Shown here piece after piece: positions 36,350-49,400 of a DNA stretch of 62,790 bases (positions are counted from its first letter, which is position 1; every line of letters begins with the position of its first letter). Origin of the DNA: Chiloscyllium plagiosum (taxonomy: Eukaryota). Position numbers and translations under genes: made by a program. The DNA is taken from contig NC_057760.1 in the NCBI RefSeq assembly GCF_004010195.1, positions 3,800,901 to 3,863,690 on the forward strand. Direction: 5' to 3'. Under the pieces are notes generated by a model that did no database searches, had not been told where the DNA came from, and saw only the letters and a program-made list of their open reading frames with translations.

Positions 36350-36960
36350 ATATCCAATGAGGAAGAAGCTGTCACTGTCCCAGGGCAATTTGCCAAAAGG
36401 TGCTGAAACTTGCAGAAAAAGAAAAAAAGTGGAGGCCCCTTTAAGTGTCAGTTCAAGCCCGAGTGAGCAGAGTCGTTCCTTTTGTTGGTGTGAGGGAAAA
36501 GGGCGGGTTCCAAGAAACCCATTTAGACCAAATGCAATTGCAGGGAGCCGCAGACTGCTCCCTCGGAGCTGAAGACTTGCTGCCGAAGCAGGGAACCCTG
36601 TCCCCAGGGAGGGGGGCAGCTGTGAAAGATGTGTTTCTGAGCAGAGAAGCTTCGGAAGCTGTTGCAAAGAAGTTAATAGTGCAGTAAAATGAACCGAGGT
36701 AAGAACAAAACAGAGAAAATAAATCGTTGTTAATTTGAAATGAAGTTGAATTCTCCAGATCTGTTGGGTTTACAGTTTTATAACAGGGAGTTACCTTGCT
36801 CTTTGAGTAAACTTTGTAAAAACTTTCCCCCGCTCTGGCTTCTAGTTCTCCTTTTGTTCCTCTCCTTTTTCATCACTTTTTTTCCCTCCTTTTCTCCCTC
36901 TTCTGCCTCTCTATTGAGCTGGTTTTGCGGAGTTGCTAGGTGCCCCGTCACCATGACGAC
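36350..36960 (+). promoter_or_regulatory. Putative promoter and first exon of the miR-92b host transcript
   Basis: Repeat-free, GC/CpG-elevated segment with CCAAT (36354), GC box (36501), splice donor GAG|GTAAGA (36699) and X-box-like motifs (36932-36960), about 2 kb upstream of the hairpins. Confidence 0.4.
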
Positions 36961-37302
36961 CACCAGTTCCTCCATACAGCCCAGTCATTCATTATGTAAT
37001 GTTTGTTTTTGTCCTTTCCAAAGAAACCCAACTTGGCTTACCCAGTGAAAAAGAAGAATTTGCAGCATCGTGGCCCTATGTTTGAAGCAGACATTAATCC
37101 ATACACAGTGTTTCTTTAATTGTCATAACCTGATCTCAACCACAGTCTTTGCCTTCACTAAAATCCTCTAATCAAGAAAAATATTTTATTCAGAGCTGGA
37201 AAAGTAATGGTGAAATTAATTCAGCGATCTCAAAGAACTTTGATTCATGGATGCTAATATCCCATAGAGATTAGTTTAGACCAAGAACAATTAAGTCAAG
37301 GA

Positions 37303-37820
37303 TTAGATTAGGTTAGATTCCCTACAGTGTGGAAACAGGCCCTTCGACCCAACAAGGTAAAAACAATGACTACAGATGCTGGAAACCAGATTCTGGATTA
37401 GTGGTGCTGGAAGAGCACAGCAGTTCAGGCAGCATCCGAGGAGTAGTAAAATCGACGTTTTGGGCAAAATCTCTTCATTCTTGATGAAGGGCTTTTGCCC
37501 GAAATGTCGATTTTACTGCTCCTCGGATGCTGCCTGAACTGCTGTGCCCTTCAACCCAACCAGTCCACACCGACCCACCGAAGAGTAACCCACCCAGACC
37601 CATTTCCCTCTGAATGATGCACCTAACACTATGGGCAATTTAGCATGGCCAATCCACCCTAACCTGCACATCTTTGGGCTGTGGGAGGAAACCAGAGCAT
37701 CCGGAGGAAACCCACGCAGATACGGGGAGAACATGCAAACTCCACTCCGAGGCTAGAATCAAACCTGGGTCCTGGCGCTGTGAGGCTGCAGTGCTAACCA
37801 CTGACCCACCATGCCGCCCA
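37303..37820 (-). mobile_element. V-SINE (HE1-like), interrupted by a PLE-derived element
   Basis: Same family as 4672-4970. Confidence 0.85.
37339..37563. mobile_element. PLE-derived fold-back element inserted into a V-SINE
   Basis: Inverted repeat with a hammerhead core at about 37481-37508. Imperfect TSD gcccttc[g/a]acccaac. Confidence 0.8.
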
Positions 37821-38772
37821 TAGCAGTAAGGAGCAGACCATTAGGCCCCTTGATACCTGATAAGATCATAACTGATCTGATTGTGGTCTCAAGGTCACCT
37901 GAATTGGGAATTTATGTCAACTCAAGCCTTGAAAATATTCTTTGACCTTGCTCTCCTTGACTAACAACTCTCTAAGGAAAATAAATCTCCATCTTAAATT
38001 TGAAGCCCCTTTATTTTTAAATTGTGTCCTCTGGTATCTCCATCAGGAACTCACCTTGCCAATCCCATTAGCATTGATGTGTTTCAATAAGAGCATCCCT
38101 CAATCTTCTGTCCTCAATCTCCAAACAAAACAATCTCCACTGGGAAATTAAACTCAAGATCTTTCTAGTGAGATTAATCCAGAAATTCCCACATCTGCAG
38201 TAGAGGGTTTCAACTGAACATGTTTCACATCACTGCTTGCAATGTTGTATCACAAAATGATTGCAATTCTGATGTACGTAATTTTGGAACATTTTAGCTT
38301 TCTCCATATTAGATTTGATGTGTGTGCTGGTGTTGGATTTAGGTGGACTACATCCAAATTCACACCACACCAGTAGCTCGACAGGTTTATTTGAAATCAC
38401 AAGCTTTCGTAGCAATGCTCATTTGTGCGATTTCAAATAAACCTGTTGGACTATAACCTGGTGTCGTGTGACTTCTGACCTTTACCAGATTTCTGAACTA
38501 GAACACCTTCAATAATATTCTTTCACAGATTAAAATTTATGAAACCAAAATAACTCCTGAAGAATGAATTTAAAACATTGTGTTTTGCTTTAGAAATCTA
38601 AGATAATCCAAATAAATGCTCCTGAGACTTGCTTGTCACTTTATTTCTGAGACAGATAATCAACCCGTTGGACTTGTTTCCTTCCCCACCAATTCTTCCT
38701 TTGTTTAAATGCTGCTATTATCTCCTTCAGGTTGATTGGCAATGTTACAGAATTGAAGAAGCTACTCTAACT

Positions 38773-38847
38773 GACCATCTGGTGCGGGATGAGGTGCACT
38801 GTTGTCTCATTACCTTCCAATATTGCACTCGTCCCGGCCTCCTGGTC
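38773..38847 (+). ncRNA. MIR92B: pre-miR-92b hairpin (mature 3p 38821-38842)
   Basis: TATTGCACTCGTCCCGGCCTCC at 38821-38842 equals mature miR-92b-3p. The 5p arm GGTGCGGGATGAGGTGCACTGTTG pairs with it, with basal stem GACCA/TGGTC. Lies between the MUC1-like gene and THBS3, as in human. Confidence 0.95.
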
Positions 38848-38913
38848 TGGCTGGATTGCCACGCTGGGTGGTAACTGCTGTGATCAGATATGGCCCACCA
38901 GCACGCAGGATTC

Positions 38914-38998
38914 CTTTCATTCTAAGGTTGGGAGGGCTGTAATTTGCATTGAGTTTTTTCTTAAAGGCATTGCACTCATCCCGGCCAGAGTCTGAGAG
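38914..38998 (+). ncRNA. Second miR-92/25-family pre-miRNA hairpin (predicted 3p CATTGCACTCATCCCGGCCAGA, 38968-38989)
   Basis: Same seed (ATTGCAC). 5p arm GGTTGGGA...TGTAAT pairs with ATTGCA...TCCCGGCC, closed by TCT/AGA with basal stem CTTTCA/TGAGAG. About 65 nt downstream of miR-92b. Confidence 0.8.
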
Positions 38999-39889
38999 GG
39001 TTGCACAGCTCAGGACCATGTCGCTTTAACTGGAAGATGCTTAATGGACTCTCTTCTTGTCCATGAAGAACTCCACAACTGGCCTGGTGTGTCCTCTTGC
39101 CTCATCCAGCAGATCAATAAGGAGACAAGATACACGGGCTGGGACCCCACCTAACAACTTAAATATTCACTCCCACCCACCATCGATACACAGTGGCAGC
39201 AGTATGGATCATCAACAAGATGCACTTGAGCAACTTCCCCAGAGTTCTCTGACAGCACCTTCCTAACCTGTGACCTCTACTATGTAGAAACAAAAGAGCA
39301 ATAGATACATCAAACATCCCCACCTACAAGTTCTCCTCCAAGTCACACACCATCCTGATTTGAAATTAGATTGCATTTTGTTTACTGTTGCTGGGTCAAA
39401 GTCCTGGATTCCCCTTCGTTAACAGCACTGTGCATGTCCCGGTGTTACATGGACTGCAGTGACACAGGGAGGCAGCTGAACCTCACTTTCTCATGGGCAA
39501 TTAATGATGGAAAATAAAGCTGGCCCACCCAGTATGGTCTTATGCTAGCATGGGACATGGCCAGTATTTGTCACTCATCCCTAAATGCCCATGAAGTCAA
39601 TAGTTTGCTAGGTCACTTTAGAGGGTAGTTAAGCATATCACAACGTTTGAAGTCAGACAAAGGCCAGACCAGGTAAGGATGTCAGATTTCTTTCCCTAAA
39701 GGACATTAATGAACTGGATGGCATTTTATGACAATCTACAGTGGTCATAGGGCTTCCATCAGACCAACTTTTAATTCCAGATGTTTTTTAAACCAAATTC
39801 AAATTTCACTAATACGCCGAGAAATGTTGCCAGAACAGAAATGCTTTGCTTCCAGATGATATACTGAAGGGCAACATGTCGACAAATAA

Positions 39890-40260
39890 ATGAGAGGCAG
39901 CTAAGGAGGACATCCGATATTATGGCTCAGAAACGGGTCATCATAGTCAGGAATAGGAAGAGTGTCTCACTTTGATGAGATGGATAACAATGGAACCACA
40001 TGACAGCAGTTTCAGTTGGACATTGATGGAAAAGCGTTGGAGGAGGATGGTGTGGACTCCTGTATCAAAGCTTACCGACAGGTCAAGAAGGATGACAAAG
40101 GAAAGTTTACTTTTGTCACTGAGACAGTGAATATGAATTATGATTTTGATAAGCTGCTTGTGATTGCATACCACGGCAAGGGCGGAAATTTGATTAAATC
40201 CCTCCAATAATGGAGTTCCAGAAAAGATGGTCACAGATTTAGAGGTGACAACATAATCAA
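39890..40260 (-). mobile_element. L2-type LINE RT fragment
   Basis: VILLDLSVSFDTGVHTILLQRF resembles the L2 motif LLDLSAAFDTVDH. Confidence 0.7.
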
Positions 40261-40374
40261 GGTCCTTATGGAAGAGAGGAAGGTTGGGAGTGGGTGTTAC
40301 TTTGCAGAGATGGTGGGGTCAAGGATTTATTTTTTATTTTCACTTCAAAGATGGTAATGGCAGAGAGAGAGAGA

Positions 40375-40965
40375 CAAGAGTCTGGATCGGAGCGGTGCTG
40401 GAAAAGCACAGCAGGTCAGGCAACATCCGAGGAGCAGGAACATCAACGTTTTGGGCAAAAGCCCTTCGTCAGGAATGAGGTGGGAGGGAAGATTGGCAGG
40501 TAGGACAGGTCATGAGGATGGTGCTGAGCTGGAAGGTTGGAACTGGGGTAAGGTGGGGGAGGGGAAACGAGGAAGCTGGTGAAGTCCACTAAGTCCGAAA
40601 CGTCGATTTTAGATTAGATTACTTTTACATTGTGGAAACAGGCCCTTCGGCCCAACAAGTCCACACCGACCCGCCGAAGCGCACCCACCCAGACCCATTC
40701 CCCTACATTTACCCCTGCACCTAACACTACGGGTAATTTAGCGTGGCCAATTCACCTGACCTGTACATTTTTGGACTGTGGGAGGAAACCGGAGCACCCG
40801 GAGGAAACCCACACAGACACGGGGAGAATGTGTAAACTCCACACAGTCAGTTGCCTGAGGCGGGATTTTTCTGCTCCTCAGATGCTGCCTGACCTGCTGT
40901 GCTTTTCCAGCACCACTCTGATCTAGTCTCTGATCTCCAGCATCTGCTGTCTTCACGTTCCCCTA
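40375..40965. mobile_element. PLE-derived fold-back element with a nested V-SINE (about 40608-40865, minus strand)
   Basis: Inverted arms of the same family, (AG)n on both flanks, SINE inside. Confidence 0.75.
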
Positions 40966-42057
40966 GAGAGAGAGAGAGAGAATCTCTTCAGAGAAACAGT
41001 TTACAATACCAGTCAGCATGGGTCCAGAAGGAAAGGTTAAGTGGTGAACAGCTTTGTGGGAGCTGGTTAAGAGAGGACAGGAGGTGAAAAAAGTGAGCTT
41101 GAAGGGGACAGGGGCGGAGGTGGGGTGAAGATAAGCAACAAATAGGAGAAAGGTGAAATTTGAACTTTAGAAGACATTTGGCCCATTGGTATGGTGGAAT
41201 GACAGGACATGGCATAGTCAGCTATCAGGTACTCCCACTCATAGTGACAGAGAAATATGTGAACTGTTTCTACTTACAGCTGCAGATAGGGGTGGAGGAA
41301 AAGGGTGGATGAATAAGTAACTGATGAATATCCACTTCCTTACTGAAATAACTCCACAGAGGCCAGTATGCCGTCACCAAGTTACCCTTTATTTACATGT
41401 AGAGATACTGATCCAGCTCCTTCAGAGCTAGTTTTCAGAATGAACAGGGTGTCTGACACTCCTGTTCTTATCTGTCACACAGATTGGACCAGATTAACAG
41501 CCCCAGTCAGCAAACCACCTGGTTTCTCTCACACTGGAAGGGGAGTAATGTGTCTGATGTGCATAGTGACACCACTGCTCCCTCTAAATGGAAAATCTTA
41601 GACTTGTACAAGAGTAAAAACTTCAAATGCCTGGCTGGAGTGAATCAAACTGGCAGACAACAGCTGCTCAACGTGGAGATGCTGATACCAAGTATTGGCT
41701 TGTGCCAAAGACAGTGGTGAGATGAGGAGGGGTAATTTACAAATTGGAAGACAGATTAGAGGGAGAAAACATCTGTAAATATTTGTTATTGAAAATGGAA
41801 ACCTTGGGGGAAATAACATAATGACCCCTCGCTGTCACCCCTTGTAACCCTTGCCCCCTGGCAGTGACCCTGGAACAACATTTACTTTGACAATCAGACT
41901 GCCAGCCAGGTTTTACCATTTTCTTTTCTATTTTTAAAATTTTTTTTTGGAGTTTTAAACAGTTGTTTGACGTTGAAATTTTGGCCAAATTCACTGGTTC
42001 TGGAAACGATTGACAAGGGCTCCTGATGTCACCTGGCAATAAGGACCTCTCAAACCT

Positions 42058-42122
42058 TCAGCGTGCTCCCATCTGGAGTTGCAGCAACTTCCGAAATGGC
42101 TCAAAGTCATCAGGAATTGTGT
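42058..42122 (-). CDS. THBS3: Thrombospondin-3 last coding exon (D-TIPDDFEPFRKLLQLQMGAR*)
   Basis: ctcacag| acceptor, TGA at 42058-42060. The FEPFR tail matches THBS3 (DTVPEDFEPFRRQLL) rather than THBS4 or COMP. Confidence 0.93.
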
Positions 42123-42434
42123 CTGTGAGACAAACAAGTAGAGGAAGGAAAGATCAAGTGAGCTGAATAATCAATCTGGCATATTTCTCCTCTGTGCCCA
42201 GCCAAGCATTTCCATCACTATTAACTTGAAGTTAGTATTTTGTGGGCTATGGGCAGCATTACCAACACGTTCCTTCCAAGCCGCTCACCATTCCTGACTT
42301 AGAATTGTAACACCATTCCTTCAGTACCACGAGCTCAAAATCCTGGAATTCCCTCCATAACAGCATTGTGGGTCTACCTACAACAAATGGACTGTGATGG
42401 CTCAAGAAGGCAGATCACCATCACCTTGTCAAGG

Positions 42435-42880
42435 GCTGTTATTGCTTGGGCTGCAGAGTTTTAGCTATGAAGTCAGATTGGATAGTCTGGGGTGGTTTTC
42501 CATGGAACAGAGGAGACTGATTGAGATGTTTAAAATTGTGGGGGGGCATAATCAGGATAGACAGGAAGAAATGTTTCTTCCTAGTGAGGGGACCAATGAT
42601 CAGGTGGCATAGATTTAAAATAAAGGGTAGGAGGTTGAGAAAGGATGTGAAGATATGTTTTTTTCATCCAGAGGGTGAGGAGTATCTGGAACCCACTGCT
42701 GGTAAGGGTGGTAGAGGCGAAACCCTCAACATTTAAGGAAAATTTACACAGCAATGCTAAGGCATGCAAGACCATTGGCAAAGTGCTAGAAAATGGGACT
42801 AGAACAGTTTGGTGGCTGTTCTGATTGGCAAGACTCAATGGGCCTAAAGGCTTTTGTTCTGTGCTGTAGACCTCTATGAC
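42435..42880 (+). mobile_element. Degraded CR1 3' fragment
   Basis: SYEVRLDSLGWFSMEQRR-type remnants and a CR1 tail. Confidence 0.7.
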
Positions 42881-42958
42881 TAGGGATAGGCATTAAGTGC
42901 TGATCCAGCCAGCAATTCCCACATTTTAAGTGAATGAATAAAAAAAAGCTGTTCTCAC

Positions 42959-43098
42959 CATTACACCTGTAGCGCAGATTGGACCAAATAATATTCTCCT
43001 GGGAAAAGCAGAAGACACCAAGGCGTCCTCCACGCATGGTTGTATCAATTGTAACGCCTGAATCTGCCACAAGATTAGGTCCTTCATACAATTTGACT
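42959..43098 (-). CDS. THBS3: Thrombospondin-3 penultimate coding exon ([46 protein letters not shown])
   Basis: 140 nt, GT-AG, phase 2 to 1. Confidence 0.96.
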
Positions 43099-43919
43099 CT
43101 GAAAGGAGAATGAAGACACAGCTTTATAACTAAATGAAATGTTTATTGTTTGTACCCCTTAAAATGGCACAGTGTGTTTGTAATCACTAACATTGTCTGC
43201 CTAATGAAATAGAGCTGGAAATATATAGCAGATTATTCAGTCTGCAAGCTGGGCTATGGACCTTTGGCTGTGTAGCCTTCAGACACCCATGCTGTGAAAC
43301 AAAATGGAGGACGTGGATCTGAAATCTTGGCTCAATGTTAGGTCAGAAGGCAGCAGAGTAATCAGATGCTGAGCTCAAAATTTGTGTGAAACTACACTGA
43401 AACAGTGGAGGGGAAGAGAGATCAGTCAATTAAAGTCGGAGTGGGTGTGTTCCAAGAAGGGGGTGATGGAGGAGGGTGATCGAGATCACATGCAGACACA
43501 AAGACATTGACAAATATAGAAAGTGCTAGAGAAACTGAGCAGGTTTGGCTGCAGCTATTGAGACAAAAACAGAGTTAATTTCTCATATTGCATATGACTC
43601 TTAATACTTAAGACATTAAGCTCTACAGACAGATACTCAATATTTAATCTTGAGAAACATATTTCACTCATACCTTCTGAGGCAAGTGGTTAGGGTATGG
43701 AATGTCTGCCCAGGAGTTTAGTGAAGGCAAGTTCAATCACAAAGAAATTGAATACGCACCTGAAGGGACAAAATGTATGAGGTGATAGGGAAAGAATGGG
43801 ACTGCTACTTTATCCTACAAACCTATGACAAGGGAAATCACACTCCAGAACTGTACACACTAACCAAGAGAGGGATGAATCGAGTAAAAGCCAGAGTTCA
43901 CAGAAAACTAGACAATATT

Positions 43920-44328
43920 TCTGTTTTCCCTGGAGCGTCAGAGGCTGAGGGGTGACCTTATAGAGGTTTACAAAATTATGAGGGGCATGGATAGGATAAA
44001 TAGACAAAGTCTTTTCCCTGGGATCAGGAAGTCCAGAACTAGAGGGCGTAGGTTTAGGGTGAGAGGGGAAAGATATAAAAGAGACCTAAGGAGCAACTTT
44101 TTCACGCAGAGGGTGGTACGTGTATGGAATGAGCTGCCAGAGGATGTGGTGGAGGCTGGTACAATTGCAACATTTAAGAGGCATTTGGATGGGTATATGA
44201 ATAGGAAGGGTTTGGAGGGATATGGGCCGGGTGCTGACAGGTGGGACTAGATTAGTTGGGATATCTGGTCGGCATGGATGGGTTGGACCGAAGGGTCTGT
44301 TTCCATGCTTTACATCTCTATGACTCTA
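43920..44328 (+). mobile_element. CR1 LINE 3' end
   Basis: RLRGDLIEVYKIMRGMDR...NFFTQRVVRVWNELP, ending in a ctatgactctat tail. Confidence 0.9.
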
Positions 44329-45553
44329 TTTGGAACTCAACTTTGCACTACCAATATTTCTCTCTAACTGCACTGTGTGGCTGTGTGTCTGTCTCCTAAG
44401 TTGGCCTCTCTTTGACCCTTTACCCTACCTCCTTTCTCAGTCTCTAAATACACTGTATGTGCCTCTGACGATTGTATGTGTTTCTTGGTCTGTGTGTAAG
44501 TATGTTTCTCAATCTCTCACTGTGCTTCCCTATCTTCTCACTATCTGTGCCTCTCTGCCTTTAACTGCACGTTTCAGCAAACTGAATCTTTTTCTGAGTT
44601 TGCTTTCAGGATCTGAAATCGGACAGAGTTCTAACAACAGAACAAATGGAATTGCTGGAAGTTGGAGTCATGCTGAACTGATGATGCAGAACTCAGATTC
44701 CAAACAGTAACTTCAGCCTGTCAGCCATTGTCTCCAGATTTACATTTCAATAGAAATGGGGCCCTAACTGACCTGCCAGGATCCTGTTGCTATGGGAATG
44801 TTTCTTGGTTACCAGAGGAAAAGGATGTCTTTTGTGCTTGGAGAACGTGTTCAGCATTCACTAGAATGACAAAACACAACTCCAAAATCAAACCTCCAAT
44901 CAGCCAACATATGGGCTGTCTCTACTCATTGGGACTGATTCCAAGGTACAAGATTACCAGGCAAACCTTTGTCAAACCTTCAAAATCCCTAAACCATCCA
45001 TGACTTCCACAGATTCTTTAATAGCCATCACTGAAAATTCAAATCTATTGGGAATACGCAAAGGATAACTGACCAATTCTTCTGGGAAGAAATAGGGAAA
45101 CTTTGACTCGGGGTTGGGGAGAGTGGGGAGATTTCTGATGACCATAACTCTCCTATGGCCAGGTGCTGGCAGGTGGGACTAGATTGGGTTGGGATCACTG
45201 ATCAGCATGGATGGAAGGGTCTGTTTCCGTGCTGGACATCTCTGTGACGAAACTGGCTAACAAAAAGACAAAGGCAGGGTTCAGTATGCCACCTGTATGT
45301 ACCCTGGAATTCTCTCCCTCAACCTCTCCACTCCCCTCCTTTAAGATGCTCCTTCAAATCTACCTCTCATCTGTTCCAATGTTTGTGACACAGTGTCAAA
45401 TTCTATTTACGATTTCACAGTGAACCATTTTCGACATTTCACTCTATAATAGCACTATTTAAATTAAAGGTATATTTAATAAGGGTTCAGTGTGTGTTTG
45501 TGAATGGGACTTAGACTTACTGGTGTCTAATGAACATGTGATTGGATGCTCAC

Positions 45554-45726
45554 CTGATATAGCCGACTTGTGGCCTGTGCACCAGCTGCCATCTGTAGGA
45601 TGTCTTGTCTTTCCATCCCACATCACGGGGATCTTTCCATAGCAGCGTGACCTGGTCTTGGGTGGTGCCAGTATTCCACAGTGCATTCCTGAGGTACTCT
45701 CCTGGGCCTGTCTTTGATTTCACGGC
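45554..45726 (-). CDS. THBS3: Thrombospondin-3 exon ([17 protein letters not shown]...RPQVGYI-R)
   Basis: 173 nt, GT-AG, phase 0 to 2. TSP C-terminal domain. Confidence 0.96.
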
Positions 45727-46169
45727 CTGATTGGGATCCAAAGTGAAGGACAAGTTAGTAATCTGAATGATGCATCATCGCCATAAACATAATATTTAAA
45801 TTAATTATCCAGACCATTGCTTAGGCTAATTGGTGGATCACACAGTATGTGTGTGTGAACGTCACACTTTTGAGCCAGTGCTTCTAATGGTGTGGGGAGC
45901 TGAATGGATTGATCCCTTTCCTGTATTTCTGCACCAAAGTGGTCATGTTCTGTGTTTATATGTAGACAAGCTATTTATTTTGATCCCAGAACTGTCTTTC
46001 TCTTTGACACAAAGCAGGGCTATTATACTGTAAGTGATCGCTTTGCTGACATGGGGGACATCTGGAGAGGAGCAGGTGAGCCAGATTTGTTGGGGGCAAG
46101 GCCAGAGGGAGCTGTGAGGAGAGAGTGAGTAAATGTAAGGTTCTTTGGTGATGCCAAAAGAAGGATAAT

Positions 46170-46450
46170 CGGTGGCTCAGTGGTTAGCACTGCTGCCTCA
46201 GTGCCAGGGACCTGGGTTTAATTCCCACCTCGGGCAACTGTCTGTGTGGCGTTTGCACATTCTCCCCGTGTCTGCGTGGGTTTCCCCTCACAGTCCAAAG
46301 ATATGCAGGTCAGGTGAATTTGCCATGCTAAATTGCCCATAGTGTTAGGTAGATTAGTCAGGAGTAAATGTAGGGGAATGGGTCGCTCTTTGGAGGGTCG
46401 GTGTGGACTTGTTGGGCCGAAGGGCCTGTTTCCACATTGTAGGGAATCTA
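46170..46450 (+). mobile_element. V-SINE (HE1-like)
   Basis: ggtggctcagtggttagcactgctgcctca...gggccgaagggcctgtttccacattgtagggaatcta. Confidence 0.88.
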
Positions 46451-46819
46451 ATAAAAAAAGCCTGAGGGTACAGGGCGATGAGGGGAAGGGCAGGGGGCTG
46501 ATTTAATGTACAAGGAGGATGCAGACTGGGATGGCCCACCAAGGATTCAGCAGCATTGGCAGTCACCCATGTACCTGGCTGTCTGTGGTTAAGAACCTGA
46601 AAGAGGGAACAAAGCTGAAGAGGGTCTTTGTTTACTGTGGCTCCACCAGCAATGTGTAGTCTGAAGAATTTCAGTCTCAATAATTTGACAGCAGTCTGCA
46701 GCAACTCAATGTGTGTCCGTGAGTCGAAACACAGCTCCTTATTAGGGGAGTTCTGGGTACACAGTTAGGTCAGGTACACTATGTGCCTCAAATTATCAGC
46801 TTGGAGAATAATCACTATT

Positions 46820-47691
<872 letters not shown>

Positions 47692-48095
47692 TCAACATTA
47701 TCTTCTTACAACAGCATCAACCACTCAGTTTGAATGATGTTGCACCAAACAACAGCTGATGAAAACATAATCAAAAATCTCCTGTTAATTTTATCGATCT
47801 TTGCTTTTATAAAGGAGCAATGTTAAATTCCATGTATATTGGGGCCGAATCTAACAAAACTTCAAACACTCTCAGCACTCGTGAGATACGCTATAAAGTT
47901 CCCTCAAGGTTGTCCACATCGACCTGTCAGGATGTGGGAAACATCTGGATTTCTAATGTAGAAGTTTTCAAGATTAGTTCAATAATAAAACCCTGATGAT
48001 TGTGGTAAATGAAACCATTCTGTTTTCAGTTAGTCTAGTTCAGGTTGTGTTGCTGACATCACATTTCACTGATTGAACAAATCACACCAACTTAC

Positions 48096-48144
48096 CGACA
48101 GCTAATCCAGGGTCACTGTTCATAGTCTGAACAATCTCCATTCC
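48096..48144 (-). CDS. THBS3: Thrombospondin-3 exon (GMEIVQTMNSDPGLAV-G)
   Basis: 49-nt exon with acag| acceptor and G|gtaagt donor. Highly conserved TSP C-terminal motif. Confidence 0.95.
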
Positions 48145-49149
48145 CTGTCGCACAAACACAAAAATTATTTATGAAACACCAGGACCTGCTGAGCATGTTG
48201 AAGGAAGGTGAGGAGCACGCCAAGGTCAGGAATACGTGAGAGGCTGGAGCGGGATGACTTTGTCTTACCAATGTTTAACCTGAGGGCTTTGTAGTTGGTC
48301 CTTATCAGGGTACCTTTGCAAACTGAAACCTTTGCATAATGTTACCTAACGGGTAGCAAGCTGGTCAATGAGAAAGAGGTCAGGAAAACAAGAAAACATT
48401 TCCAAAGAGCCAACAACAAGCAACAAGTGGAGAACACATTGTTGAAGATACTGTGTCTGTATTTGGATAAATCAGTAAAATTAGATAGCTCCATGGAAAA
48501 GGGAGACAGCTGCTGAAGAATGAAGTCAAATCATGTAAGTCAATGTTGCCAAGAGATTGAGAAGTAATAATGATCCATATTTGTAGCTGAAGAGAATTTT
48601 GTTCATTACCTTTGTTAGGATTTTGAATATTATGGGACAGTTCCAGAGATTTATAGCTGAGTTGTGGAAAAGATGTCATCATGGCTTTTGGAGATCTTCA
48701 TCGTGTTTTTGTGAGTGGTGAGATGTTGACCAGGTTGGGTTAGATTTGGGTTGTACTGATAGTGATAGACAGCAGGAGTCCAGAGACAGTTATTCAGAAC
48801 TGCCAAGCATCTTCCAACTGGCCTCTGACAACTGCACGTTGCTCAGTGAGTGCATCATAACAACATGGTGATGGGCCAACGTACCCTTAATCATGAATGC
48901 AGTCAGAATGATCCTTCTATGTGCTGAGTGAATCCAACTCCACCAACATAAAGAGGAGGGATGACTTCTGGCAGAAGCTTTAAATGGTTGGGGAGAGGGG
49001 GTGCACAGGTCAGGGGATATAATAAGCTTCAGGCAGAAGGATGGGGTTCAGTGCTGGGGCTGATATTGGGGAGATAGAGCGTGGTTCAGAAATTTTGGTG
49101 GATTTTGAGCAGGGATCAAATGGCATGTGGGATGAGGTTGGATGTGTGA

Positions 49150-49400
49150 CAGCAGGATAAATACCTGAGGAGGGGGGTCAACGTGACCCTGGGGGGGAAC
49201 AGCAGGAAAAATACGTGAGGAGTGGGGTCAGTCAGAGTGACCCTGGGGGTGAACAGCAGGATAAATACCTGAGGAATGGGGTCAGTCAGAGTGACCCTGG
49301 GGGTGAACAGCCGGATAAATACCTGAGGAACGGGGTCAGTCAGAGTGACCCTGGGAGTGAACAGCAGGATAAATACCTGAGGAATGGGGTCAGTCAGAGT
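49150..49400 (+). repeat. 54-bp tandem repeat, about 4.5 copies
   Basis: Unit cagcaggataaatacctgaggaatggggtcagtcagagtgaccctgggggtgaa. Confidence 0.9.

Noticed and set aside
36665..36689. CAAAGAAGTTAATAGTGCAGTAAAA, loosely resembling miR-17/20
   Set aside because: The seed is broken and no complementary arm was found, so no miR-17/18/19/20 hairpins are supported near miR-92b.
41340..41535. AATAAA (minus strand, 41388-41393) as the THBS3 polyA site, or a solo LTR
   Set aside because: No TSD or second copy is visible and there are no transcript data, so neither interpretation can be supported.
46170..46240. tRNA genes suggested by A/B boxes in several places
   Set aside because: All are heads of SINEs continuing into V-domain or LINE-derived tails; none forms a full cloverleaf.
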